Positions 7,594 to 15,615 of a stretch of 64,000 bases of DNA are shown piece by piece. A program made the translations under genes and the position numbers. The notes below the pieces were generated by a model, which was not told the DNA's origin, ran no database searches, and saw only the letters and a list, made by a program, of their open reading frames with translations. Source of the DNA: a virus; the IMG/VR virus record IMGVR_UViG_3300042861_001913, one strand, 5' to 3'. How positions within the stretch are numbered: position 1 is the stretch's first letter; every line of letters starts with the position of its first letter.

Positions 7594-8441
7594 CTAATAT
7601 GTTTCTAATATCAGATGTAACTACATTTAGTAAGAAAAAAGGTAAACGTAATAACTTATTACTTGGTGGCGCAATTCTCGGTACTGGTCTATTAGGAGTT
7701 GTAGGAGTTAAATCTTATCTTCGTAATGGTAAATTAGTTAGACAATATAATCGTAATCAGGTTGTTAAAACTACCGTTAAATCAACTAATGTAAACGAGT
7801 TAAATAGTTATTTAAGTAATAGTAACTTTAGTTTTAATGAGTTGTTTAGTAAGTTTAATTTAAATAAAATAGACGATGAGTATGAAGGTAATCTATTTGG
7901 TGCAATTAAAGATAAATACGTTAAACAACATAACTTAAGTAAGTTAGAACAAACTACTTTAAATAAATATATTAAACATGATGGACATGACGATATTAAT
8001 AACTATCTTATAACTGGTGATGCTACAGATGAAGTTAAACAAACTGTAAATAACTTAAATAACTTATTTGATAGACTACCTAAGTTAAATAATAGTGAGA
8101 CTTATAGATATGTTAAAGATGTTAATCCAAATGATTTAATATCTAACTACAAAATCGGAAGTATAGTAACTGAACCTAGATTTACATCAGCTACAACTAA
8201 TGAAAGATTTAATGACGATTTCCTTAACTACTCTAAAGTGAGGTTTAAGATTAAATCTAAATCAAATAACTCTAATGCAGTTGATATACGTGGGTTTAAT
8301 CCTAAAGAAGAAGAGGTTATATTTAAGAGAGGAACTAGCTTTAAAATAAATAACATTAAACAACATGAGTTTACTTATGAAACTAGATCAAATAAAAATA
8401 AACTCTGGAAAGGTTATGAAATTGAAATTGAAGAAGTCTAA
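7587..8441 (+). CDS. leader-family protein with a Gly-zipper segment and C-terminal ADP-ribosyltransferase domain
   Basis: Probable start is the ATG at 7599 (MFLISDVTTFSKKKGKR). Hydrophobic LLLGGAILGTGLLGVVGV follows. The C-terminus has YIKHDGHDDINNYL, then an R-S-E triad: ETYRYV, RFTSATT, PKEEEVIF. Confidence 0.75.
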   Translation: MVTNMFLISDVTTFSKKKGKRNNLLLGGAILGTGLLGVVGVKSYLRNGKLVRQYNRNQVVKTTVKSTNVNELNSYLSNSNFSFNELFSKFNLNKIDDEYEGNLFGAIKDKYVKQHNLSKLEQTTLNKYIKHDGHDDINNYLITGDATDEVKQTVNNLNNLFDRLPKLNNSETYRYVKDVNPNDLISNYKIGSIVTEPRFTSATTNERFNDDFLNYSKVRFKIKSKSNNSNAVDIRGFNPKEEEVIFKRGTSFKINNIKQHEFTYETRSNKNKLWKGYEIEIEEV

Positions 8442-8478
8442 GTCTACTAGATTTGATTTTCCAATTGGGTTAATTAAA

Positions 8479-8499
8479 AGGAGTTAACTAATAACTCCT
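8479..8499 (-). terminator. hairpin between convergent genes (AGGAGTTA actaa TAACTCCT)
   Basis: 8-bp perfect stem, followed on the minus strand by TTTAATT. Confidence 0.4.
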
Positions 8500-8506
8500 A
8501 ACTCTA

Positions 8507-9343
8507 TTAACTATTAACTAACTTACGAAAACACATATCTAACATAGGAATCATTTCAACTTCATAAGCTGATGTATTAGGTCTATATCTACCTTTACCT
8601 AACTTAACGTTAATTTTAGTTGGATTATTACCTGTAGTTGTCTTATAAGTATCAGCAACTAAGTTAGCGAATCTGTGCATTGTAGATTTATCTGCAACAA
8701 AACCCTTACTCTTAATATAGTCACTTAAAATGACATATCCATTATGAGTTGTTAGTTCCGTAGTTACAGTTAACTCATTTAACATTACATCAAGATTAGG
8801 AAAGTTAGTTACTGTGGCATTTCTAAGTTGTTTATATTCTGTAGTTATATTACTTAACTCATCTACTTTATCGCTTAGTAACTTAAGTGAATTAAGAATA
8901 GCTTTATTATCATCATTAATAACAGCACCAGTTAAATCCTTAACCCAATTAACGAAACCATATTGTGCCAACTTACGATAAGTGTTGCGTGCGGTAACAT
9001 TAGCAGCTTTAGATTCAAATGCGTAATACTCGATAATTAAAGTTGCTGCTGTTGATGTAATAATTTTACAAGTTCCACCATCTTTATTTCCTTCTAGCTG
9101 TGGACTAAAAACGTTACCCAGTAAAGGTTCTAGCATTTTTAGCTGTGTACTAACACCAGTATTATCAGCTAATGGGTTTACTATTCTTTGAGACATTGTT
9201 TGTTGTGTAACTCCACATAATCGCGCCAATCCACTAATACTAACTCCAGCATCCCGTCCATCTGGAGTAATGTAAAACTCAACATCATTAATAACAGAGG
9301 GTTGTACAATAATTTTATCTGACGTGACTAATTCATCCTTAAT
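8507..9343 (-). CDS. Bro-like modular DNA-binding protein paralog (P1)
   Basis: The track ORF starts at a TTG at 9229. The conserved N-terminus VEFYITPDGRDAGVSISGLARL continues upstream in frame to an ATT at 9343. It shares its middle and C-terminal modules with 23917 and 46835. Confidence 0.6.
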   Translation of the reverse strand: MKDELVTSDKIIVQPSVINDVEFYITPDGRDAGVSISGLARLCGVTQQTMSQRIVNPLADNTGVSTQLKMLEPLLGNVFSPQLEGNKDGGTCKIITSTAATLIIEYYAFESKAANVTARNTYRKLAQYGFVNWVKDLTGAVINDDNKAILNSLKLLSDKVDELSNITTEYKQLRNATVTNFPNLDVMLNELTVTTELTTHNGYVILSDYIKSKGFVADKSTMHRFANLVADTYKTTTGNNPTKINVKLGKGRYRPNTSAYEVEMIPMLDMCFRKLVNS

Positions 9344-9488
9344 TAACTACACTTGACTTAGATACAAACTAACTAACTATCTAAGTCACCTCATTATAAC
9401 TGATAAATAGTTAAAATACATAACATTCTCCTTTTTTCTTACAAGTTAAACATTTCCAATTATAATTAAGTAAACTACATTAATTAAT

Positions 9489-9794
9489 ATGGCATTTAAA
9501 TTACCATCATTTAATCTACTTAGAAAAGCTGCTTCTAAACGTGTTCCTGGTGTTGCAGGATCTAAAGTTGGATCACTTGGTAATAATAGAACTGGAGTTA
9601 CTAAAACCTATGCAACTAGAGGTGCTGCACGTAAAGCTAATCAACTTGGACTATTAAGTAGACTTAAACCACGTCAACCTGTTAAACCACTTCAACCATC
9701 TCAACCTAAAGGACTTAGTAATCGAGCATTTGGAGCAAGTAGAACACCTAAAATTCGTGAATCATTTGGTAGTTACAACAAACGAGTTAAGTAA
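9489..9794 (+). CDS. very basic small protein
   Basis: 101 aa, rich in K/R/G/P. No hydrophobic core. Located in the virion module. Confidence 0.45.
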   Translation: MAFKLPSFNLLRKAASKRVPGVAGSKVGSLGNNRTGVTKTYATRGAARKANQLGLLSRLKPRQPVKPLQPSQPKGLSNRAFGASRTPKIRESFGSYNKRVK

Positions 9795-9795
9795 T

Positions 9796-10578
9796 ATGAC
9801 AATAACTAAGCAACAACTTATAGATAAATACAATGAAGTTTATGCAGCAGATAATGGTGTTAATAAGACCTTCGTTGAATTAACTAAAGATGAGAAGGTA
9901 GAAGCATTACTACAATTCGTAACTGCTATTAGTGGTGGATCTGGTGGTGACGCTAGTGCCACTAATCAAACAGCCGTTCAAGCTAATCCAGGAAGTGATG
10001 CAACAAAAGCAGTAGCAGTACAAGGTGTAACAGGGGGTAAATCTATTCCAGTTACAGGTACATTTTTCCAAAATATTCAACCTGTCAGCATGACTGCTGC
10101 ACCTGCGGGATTAGCTTACGCATCCTCAACCACAATTACTCGCGCTGCTAACACCACAACTTATACTGCTTCTGCACCAAACTTTGATGTTTATGGCGGT
10201 CTATTCCAACTTCAAAATATAGGCGAAGCTGGTAAAGGTATATTCCTTTCTTATTTTGAAATATCTCTCAATCTATCTTCTGTACCAGCAGGTATGACTT
10301 CTTTTGCGGTACACTTATACCCTACAGCACCTACAAATATTGCAGATAATAGTATCTGGACAATTGGTTCTGACCCTGTTCTAGACCCTGTAGGTTTCAA
10401 TGTACCTATGAGTTTAGCTAAAGGAGGGGGTAAGGTTGTTGGCGTTATTAGAGACTTAAATCAATTGTTTATTTTAACCAGTTCAAGTTTGTGGGGATAT
10501 CTGGTTACTAACGGTGCAATTGTCCCGGCTGCTAACTCAGAAACAGGGACTATACGCGCTAGGAGTTTTGCACCATGA
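9796..10578 (+). CDS. putative fiber or receptor-binding protein (AT-rich N-terminus, GC-richer C-terminus)
   Basis: The ATG at 9796 lies right after the stop of the previous ORF, whereas the track start at 9730 overlaps it. Composition shifts upward after about 9900. Confidence 0.35.
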   Translation: MTITKQQLIDKYNEVYAADNGVNKTFVELTKDEKVEALLQFVTAISGGSGGDASATNQTAVQANPGSDATKAVAVQGVTGGKSIPVTGTFFQNIQPVSMTAAPAGLAYASSTTITRAANTTTYTASAPNFDVYGGLFQLQNIGEAGKGIFLSYFEISLNLSSVPAGMTSFAVHLYPTAPTNIADNSIWTIGSDPVLDPVGFNVPMSLAKGGGKVVGVIRDLNQLFILTSSSLWGYLVTNGAIVPAANSETGTIRARSFAP

Positions 10579-11414
10579 GAACTTCTACTAGAATGGTGGT
10601 GTTGGGTCGTTTTAAAGGTGTTCTTGATTTAATTCTGGCTATCGCCTCTGTCGCTTATGGATTAAGACGGCTTTCCAGGTTTTGGACTGGCGCAGCTATA
10701 AGAGTAATGAGAACTAGTGATAACTCAGAATTAGATATAGGTTTTATTGGAGAGGATTTAGATGTAGTTACATTATTAGCATTTGTCGGTTCTGGCAGCG
10801 GCTTTGTTACCACTTGGTATGACCAATCAGGCAACGGGCGCAATGCCACGCAGACCACGGCAGGAAGCCAGCCGCAAATTGTGGTCAATGGGGTGGTGCA
10901 AACGCAAAACGAAAAGCCCGCAATCAGGTTGCAAACTTCACAGTTAGACATAACTGGGATTACGTCATTCACGAGCGGTTACGTTGGTGCTATCGCCTCT
11001 GTCGCGGCTGCTGATGATAACGCTCCCGTGGTTTTGTATTCAAGCGGCGCATTTCTTGGGTTTGGGAGTGGTGGTAGCCAGGTCAGATTTCGCAATCGAA
11101 ATCCAGACCCAGCCTTTACGACCCCGCCCAGTCCGTACGCCGTCAGTAATCCCATCAATACCAATACGTTGATGTCTTACACGACCGATGGCGTTGCTAA
11201 TATCAACAATTACCTTAACGGTGCGCTGGTATGGCAGGACACTTCGGCAGCGTCATTTAATCCTGTGATAGGCATTGGCGGAAATCATTCTGTTCAAACT
11301 ATCACAAACGGCAAGGTGCAAGAGGTTGTGATTTTCAACACCACATTCTCCACTACCGATCGCCAAACGCTTGAGCGCAATCAGGGATCTTATTACAACA
11401 TCACAGTAGCTTGA
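10575..11414 (+). CDS. LamG / concanavalin-A-like lectin-fold receptor-binding protein
   Basis: AYGLRRLS....AIRVMRTSDNSELDIGF...VTTWYDQSGNGRNATQTTAGSQPQIV is the pattern typical of phage fiber lectin modules. This is the most GC-rich gene in the window. Confidence 0.55.
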   Translation: MRTSTRMVVLGRFKGVLDLILAIASVAYGLRRLSRFWTGAAIRVMRTSDNSELDIGFIGEDLDVVTLLAFVGSGSGFVTTWYDQSGNGRNATQTTAGSQPQIVVNGVVQTQNEKPAIRLQTSQLDITGITSFTSGYVGAIASVAAADDNAPVVLYSSGAFLGFGSGGSQVRFRNRNPDPAFTTPPSPYAVSNPINTNTLMSYTTDGVANINNYLNGALVWQDTSAASFNPVIGIGGNHSVQTITNGKVQEVVIFNTTFSTTDRQTLERNQGSYYNITVA

Positions 11415-11445
11415 GGAAAATCATATTAGTGGATAATTAAAAACC

Positions 11446-11877
11446 ATGACAAAACAACAATGGCTGCTTTCTCAAATTGAACAATTCCCTGAACTATCTC
11501 CCAGGGAATTAACTTCATACCTCAACGATAAAGTATTAGTAGATAATCCAGTGCCAATAGGACAAGTATCTGTGACAACTACCTTAGAGGAAGTATCTGC
11601 GGTGGTTGCTGACAATGAAGTATTAGCTATAGCTGAGAGTCCAGTCTATTTAAGGATATTAGATGCTATTGTCCAAAAAAGACCTGATTGGATTATTGGA
11701 AATTTAACTACTTTAAAACGTGGGGGTAAACTAACCCAAGCTCACTTTGATGCCATCATAGCGTTACTTCAAAGGACTCAACCAGACCCTAGCTATCAAG
11801 AGCAAATATTGATAAGCCCTGCCGAGTTGGCAGGATATGGGGCTATTTTAGTTGGTGATGTTGAGGAATTAATTTAA
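11446..11877 (+). CDS. hypothetical protein in the GC-rich cassette
   Basis: 143-aa ORF with the same elevated G+C as the neighbouring lectin gene. Confidence 0.4.
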   Translation: MTKQQWLLSQIEQFPELSPRELTSYLNDKVLVDNPVPIGQVSVTTTLEEVSAVVADNEVLAIAESPVYLRILDAIVQKRPDWIIGNLTTLKRGGKLTQAHFDAIIALLQRTQPDPSYQEQILISPAELAGYGAILVGDVEELI

Positions 11878-11912
11878 TGTTATTATTAACTTAACCAATT
11901 ACCGTAACAACT

Positions 11913-12266
11913 ATGTCTATCTCATCTTCATTCAACCGTGAGAAACTAAATCCTACATTATCTAAAGCATTATCATTTACTGGTGCTATTGCTCAAGGTA
12001 CAGGTGAATTTATTGTTGATATTAACTTAACTATTACTAAGGATGATACAACTACAGTAGTTAAAACCGTTCAACGTATCGTTATTCCACTTAATATTCT
12101 CAATAACACATTAACTGTTATTCCTAAACAATATGTATTTCCAGGTAGTGCCACTACTTATTCTAGTGGTGGTACAACTCCATTATTAAGTGCTGGCACT
12201 ATTGGTAATATAATTGATTTAAATACATTCTTAACTCAAGCTGGTGATACACCAGAAAACTCATGA
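11913..12266 (+). CDS. hypothetical virion-module protein
   Basis: ORF and synteny only. Confidence 0.4.
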   Translation: MSISSSFNREKLNPTLSKALSFTGAIAQGTGEFIVDINLTITKDDTTTVVKTVQRIVIPLNILNNTLTVIPKQYVFPGSATTYSSGGTTPLLSAGTIGNIIDLNTFLTQAGDTPENS

Positions 12267-12547
12267 ACTTAACAACTAAAGTAACTTTAATTCAACAATA
12301 CATGGATCGTAATGGTAACATCTATCCAGCTAACTTACCTTATCTCTATGGTCAGTTACCAGAAGACATTAGAGATAATGGTGCTTATGTTAAATCACTT
12401 GAAACAGTTGAGATTACATTAGAACCATATCAAATGATTAACGTAGATGAAATAGATGCTGGTACTGCTAATCGTCCAGAGAGAGTTAAGAAGCAAGTAG
12501 TTAAACAACGTGACTTAATTGAGACAACTGAAATAACTAAGGTGTAA
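12263..12547 (+). CDS. hypothetical virion-module protein
   Basis: ORF with an ATGA overlap to the upstream gene. Confidence 0.4.
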   Translation: MNLTTKVTLIQQYMDRNGNIYPANLPYLYGQLPEDIRDNGAYVKSLETVEITLEPYQMINVDEIDAGTANRPERVKKQVVKQRDLIETTEITKV

Positions 12548-12548
12548 T

Positions 12549-12818
12549 ATGTTCCTAATGACAGATATCAATAGGAGTGCTGTCATTAGAACAGCTAACT
12601 TCAAACGCGGTCGAGATAAAGTTAAGCGTAAGAAAAAAAAGGGAATCAACTACAAAGAAACTAAAGATACAGTTAAAGTAGGTCAAAAGTTAGCATCAAC
12701 TGGGACTAATATAAGTCGTGAACTTCGTGGTTGGCTCAAATTAGTAAATCGCACGAAAGATGACCTTCGACGACTTAATTTCCTCAGAGCAGCTAGAAAA
12801 ATAGCTAAAGGTGAATAA
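12549..12818 (+). CDS. leader-family protein (short, basic)
   Basis: MFLMTDINRSAVIRTANFKRGRDKVKRKKKKG leader. Confidence 0.55.
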   Translation: MFLMTDINRSAVIRTANFKRGRDKVKRKKKKGINYKETKDTVKVGQKLASTGTNISRELRGWLKLVNRTKDDLRRLNFLRAARKIAKGE

Positions 12819-13409
12819 ATGACCTATACACCTATCTACTGCAATAAGGAATCAATCGGGCGCAAATTGAAGGCGCGACTTAATATCAAACCAAGTCAAT
12901 ATCAATCTGCACCATATAGTAGTCTACCTAGTAATGAAGTTGATGATGTTCTGGTTGATGAAGTTATCGAACAACAAGAGGAGTTCCTTAACTTAATACT
13001 CAATCAGATATATGAGTTACCGCTAATCAATAATCACTCAATACTAACTACTATTGTTGATGATCTAGTAATAGCGGAGTTACTGCGTATCCACTTCATA
13101 GGAACTGGAATGGCGCAACTAGGTGGTGATGTGGCGGGAACTAGTACAGATACTAAGTTACACGCATACAGTCTACTGGCGATGTTAACTACTGGTCATA
13201 ACATATACATTCCCGGTATGCCTCTAGTAGCAACTAATGTTGGAGTTGCACAACCTCAACCAATTAGATTAACAGGTGAAGTTAATAGAAGTAGTTATGA
13301 CGATACTATAACTCGACTTGAAGTGTACGTTACAACTAGACCTAAGTTAGCAGCACTTCGTGATGTTGAGTTTATTAATGAAACAGGTAAAGGAGATATA
13401 TACTGGTGA
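12819..13409 (+). CDS. putative head-tail connector protein
   Basis: Called from position between the head and tail genes only. Confidence 0.3.
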   Translation: MTYTPIYCNKESIGRKLKARLNIKPSQYQSAPYSSLPSNEVDDVLVDEVIEQQEEFLNLILNQIYELPLINNHSILTTIVDDLVIAELLRIHFIGTGMAQLGGDVAGTSTDTKLHAYSLLAMLTTGHNIYIPGMPLVATNVGVAQPQPIRLTGEVNRSSYDDTITRLEVYVTTRPKLAALRDVEFINETGKGDIYW

Positions 13410-13633
13410 AGATAAACAGTGATAAGTTAACTGAGTTAAGTAATCAATTTAAAACGATGAGAGATTACACAGTTGGAGATCGTGATATTGCGCCACTTAT
13501 ATTAGATGAAGTTAGTTATCCAATTAAACTTAGAGTTAATCAAGGTATTCCTAACGTAGCGAAGTTATCTAGACCTACTACTAAATACGAAGAGTTAATT
13601 AAGTCTATAGTTAAGGTGTTGCTGAAACCATGA
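13406..13633 (+). CDS. putative head-tail joining protein
   Basis: Overlapping start and stop codons with neighbours. Called from synteny only. Confidence 0.3.
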   Translation: MKINSDKLTELSNQFKTMRDYTVGDRDIAPLILDEVSYPIKLRVNQGIPNVAKLSRPTTKYEELIKSIVKVLLKP

Positions 13634-14079
13634 TTAATGAAGATTACTTAACTGGACATATAGCTAACTATCTTAAACGTGAACTTAATAGACGTGCTAA
13701 TGACGAAGGATTAACTGTACCTATTATTAATAGCTATCGTTTATATGATGCGTTTAATGTACCTGTGCAAGACTTCCCACTAATTAAAGTATTTAGAACT
13801 AGTTCACAATACACTGTTAGTAATAAACGACTTAGCTCTATTCAAGTTCACTATTCATTAGTGTTACCTAATCTAGAGGTATTATTACCTTATTTAAATT
13901 GGGTTGATTATAATATTAATGAGGTACTTAGTTTTGCATTACATGATATAACTGTATTTATAGAACCAACTTCTAAACGTTGCGAATACAGAACATTAAT
14001 GAATGAGTTAGGAACTCCTATTTATAGTTTCCTCCGTTTCTCCTTCAACGTAACAGAAGGTCAACCTACTATTTGTTAA
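13630..14079 (+). CDS. putative tail completion or terminator protein
   Basis: Called from synteny: it lies immediately upstream of the major tail gene. Confidence 0.3.
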   Translation: MINEDYLTGHIANYLKRELNRRANDEGLTVPIINSYRLYDAFNVPVQDFPLIKVFRTSSQYTVSNKRLSSIQVHYSLVLPNLEVLLPYLNWVDYNINEVLSFALHDITVFIEPTSKRCEYRTLMNELGTPIYSFLRFSFNVTEGQPTIC

Positions 14080-14089
14080 GGCTACAATT

Positions 14090-14881
14090 ATGACAATCGG
14101 TAAATTATACGACACTATTAAAGGCGTTGCTAATTTAAAGTTAACTCGTCTATCTGATGGTGCATTATTACATCTACCTACTCCAACTGGATTTGTAATT
14201 GATAACGGTATTGAAGAAAAGATTCAAACAACTCAAAATAACCAGGGTGAAATGACTCGTTCTGGTAGTTACATTACTGGACGTATGCCAGTTCTGCGAG
14301 TTGTCTATTCCTATATGCAACCAGAGATCCTGCAATTTAAAATTGGCAATCAATTTGATGCTAAGACTGGCACATTAGATGTAGTTAAGAGTTATCAAGT
14401 AACTCAGAATAACTATGCGGCAGTTACAACTGGTTTTCTAGGTTATGGTGTTGCACTTAACGCTCCTAGTAAAGCATCTGTTCAACGTAATAATCTCTCA
14501 GTTCAATTAACTCAAGTTAGTATTGCGAGTTTTAGTGCAACTACAGATGATACATTTGCAGTTGGAGCATCTCTCAATGTTAAGTTCTCTAATAATCTCG
14601 TTACCGCAAATGAAACAGTTAGTTTAACTACAACTGAAACATTTACTGGAACTGGTATTAGTGATAACGTAGTTGGCGCACATAAAGTTAGTGCATTACT
14701 AATTACGAAGGCTAATAAAGTAATTCACTTTAAATGTGATAACGTAACACCTAGTTACACGGGATCTACACTTGATCCGAAGGCAGATGCAATTGAAATA
14801 CCATTCTTCATTAATGATGTTCCAGGTGTCTGTTTCCCTTATGAATGGAATTATGTACCTATTCAAGTTGGTTGTAACTAA
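14090..14881 (+). CDS. putative major tail (tube) protein
   Basis: 263-aa ORF directly upstream of the chaperone/frameshift/tape-measure trio. It is followed by the hairpin ATAGTAGA..TCTACTAT (about 14893-14916). Confidence 0.45.
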   Translation: MTIGKLYDTIKGVANLKLTRLSDGALLHLPTPTGFVIDNGIEEKIQTTQNNQGEMTRSGSYITGRMPVLRVVYSYMQPEILQFKIGNQFDAKTGTLDVVKSYQVTQNNYAAVTTGFLGYGVALNAPSKASVQRNNLSVQLTQVSIASFSATTDDTFAVGASLNVKFSNNLVTANETVSLTTTETFTGTGISDNVVGAHKVSALLITKANKVIHFKCDNVTPSYTGSTLDPKADAIEIPFFINDVPGVCFPYEWNYVPIQVGCN

Positions 14882-14899
14882 TTAATGTAATAATAGTAG

Positions 14900-15370
14900 A
14901 TGAATAATCTACTATTTAAATCTATGAATAACTTTGATATAACATACAGTGACGGAACTATAGATACAGTTAAGCGTGTAACTCGCACTAAGTTAAAGGA
15001 CTTAATTGTACTACAACAGAAACTCCTCTACTTTTTTCTTACTCATAATGCTAATGTCGGGGCTTGTGTTGCTGATGATGCGTGTTGGAGTGTAATTGAA
15101 ACTACATCTAAATTACTAGCAGTAGTTGGAGATGGAGCAGTCAAGTTAGAGTTACTTGAGGATAATTTAGAACAGTTAAGTAATATATTCTTCACTACAT
15201 CTACACCTGAAGAAATAGCTCAATACACTAATATCGGTAAGATGATTGAAGCTGAAACATGGTACAAGCCATCTCTCATCAGTCAGTTACATCAACTTAA
15301 TTATCGAGGAGATAGTGGTGAAGCAATAAAAAAAATGACACAGGAACAACCAGAAGTTCCTACGCTATAG
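14900..15370 (+). CDS. tail assembly chaperone (G-like)
   Basis: Lies just before the tape measure and contains the slippery run A_AAA_AAA near its 3' end. An alternative start is the ATG near 14924. Confidence 0.6.
   Translation: MNNLLFKSMNNFDITYSDGTIDTVKRVTRTKLKDLIVLQQKLLYFFLTHNANVGACVADDACWSVIETTSKLLAVVGDGAVKLELLEDNLEQLSNIFFTTSTPEEIAQYTNIGKMIEAETWYKPSLISQLHQLNYRGDSGEAIKKMTQEQPEVPTL
15328..15334 (+). promoter_or_regulatory. -1 programmed ribosomal frameshift slippery heptamer A_AAA_AAA
   Basis: GCA ATA AAA AAA ATG in the zero frame. The -1 frame stays open for about 93 codons, to the tape-measure ATG. Confidence 0.6.
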
Positions 15371-15615
15371 ATTTAGCGGCATTAATTGAGATATATGGTG
15401 GTGTTGAGAATGCACTACTACTAGTTAACTCACTAGATGATCTGGAGATACATGATCTGATTAATCAGACAACTGAGTTACGTAAAGATCCATCAGTTCG
15501 AGATGCTGAGGAAGTAGAAAGAGATTGGAATGATTATGTTATTAATAATGATCTAGATCAGGAGATAATCGTAGACGGTAAGAAAACAAGTATAAATCAA
15601 TTAATGGGGTTCTAA
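15328..15615 (+). CDS. -1 frame extension of the tail chaperone (GT-like fusion product)
   Basis: The open -1 frame reads ..KKNDTGTTRSSYAIDLAALIEIYGG...VDGKKTSINQLMGF. Its stop overlaps the tape-measure start. Confidence 0.5.
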   Translation, partial: KKNDTGTTRSSYAIDLAALIEIYGGVENALLLVNSLDDLEIHDLINQTTELRKDPSVRDAEEVERDWNDYVINNDLDQEIIVDGKKTSINQLMGF

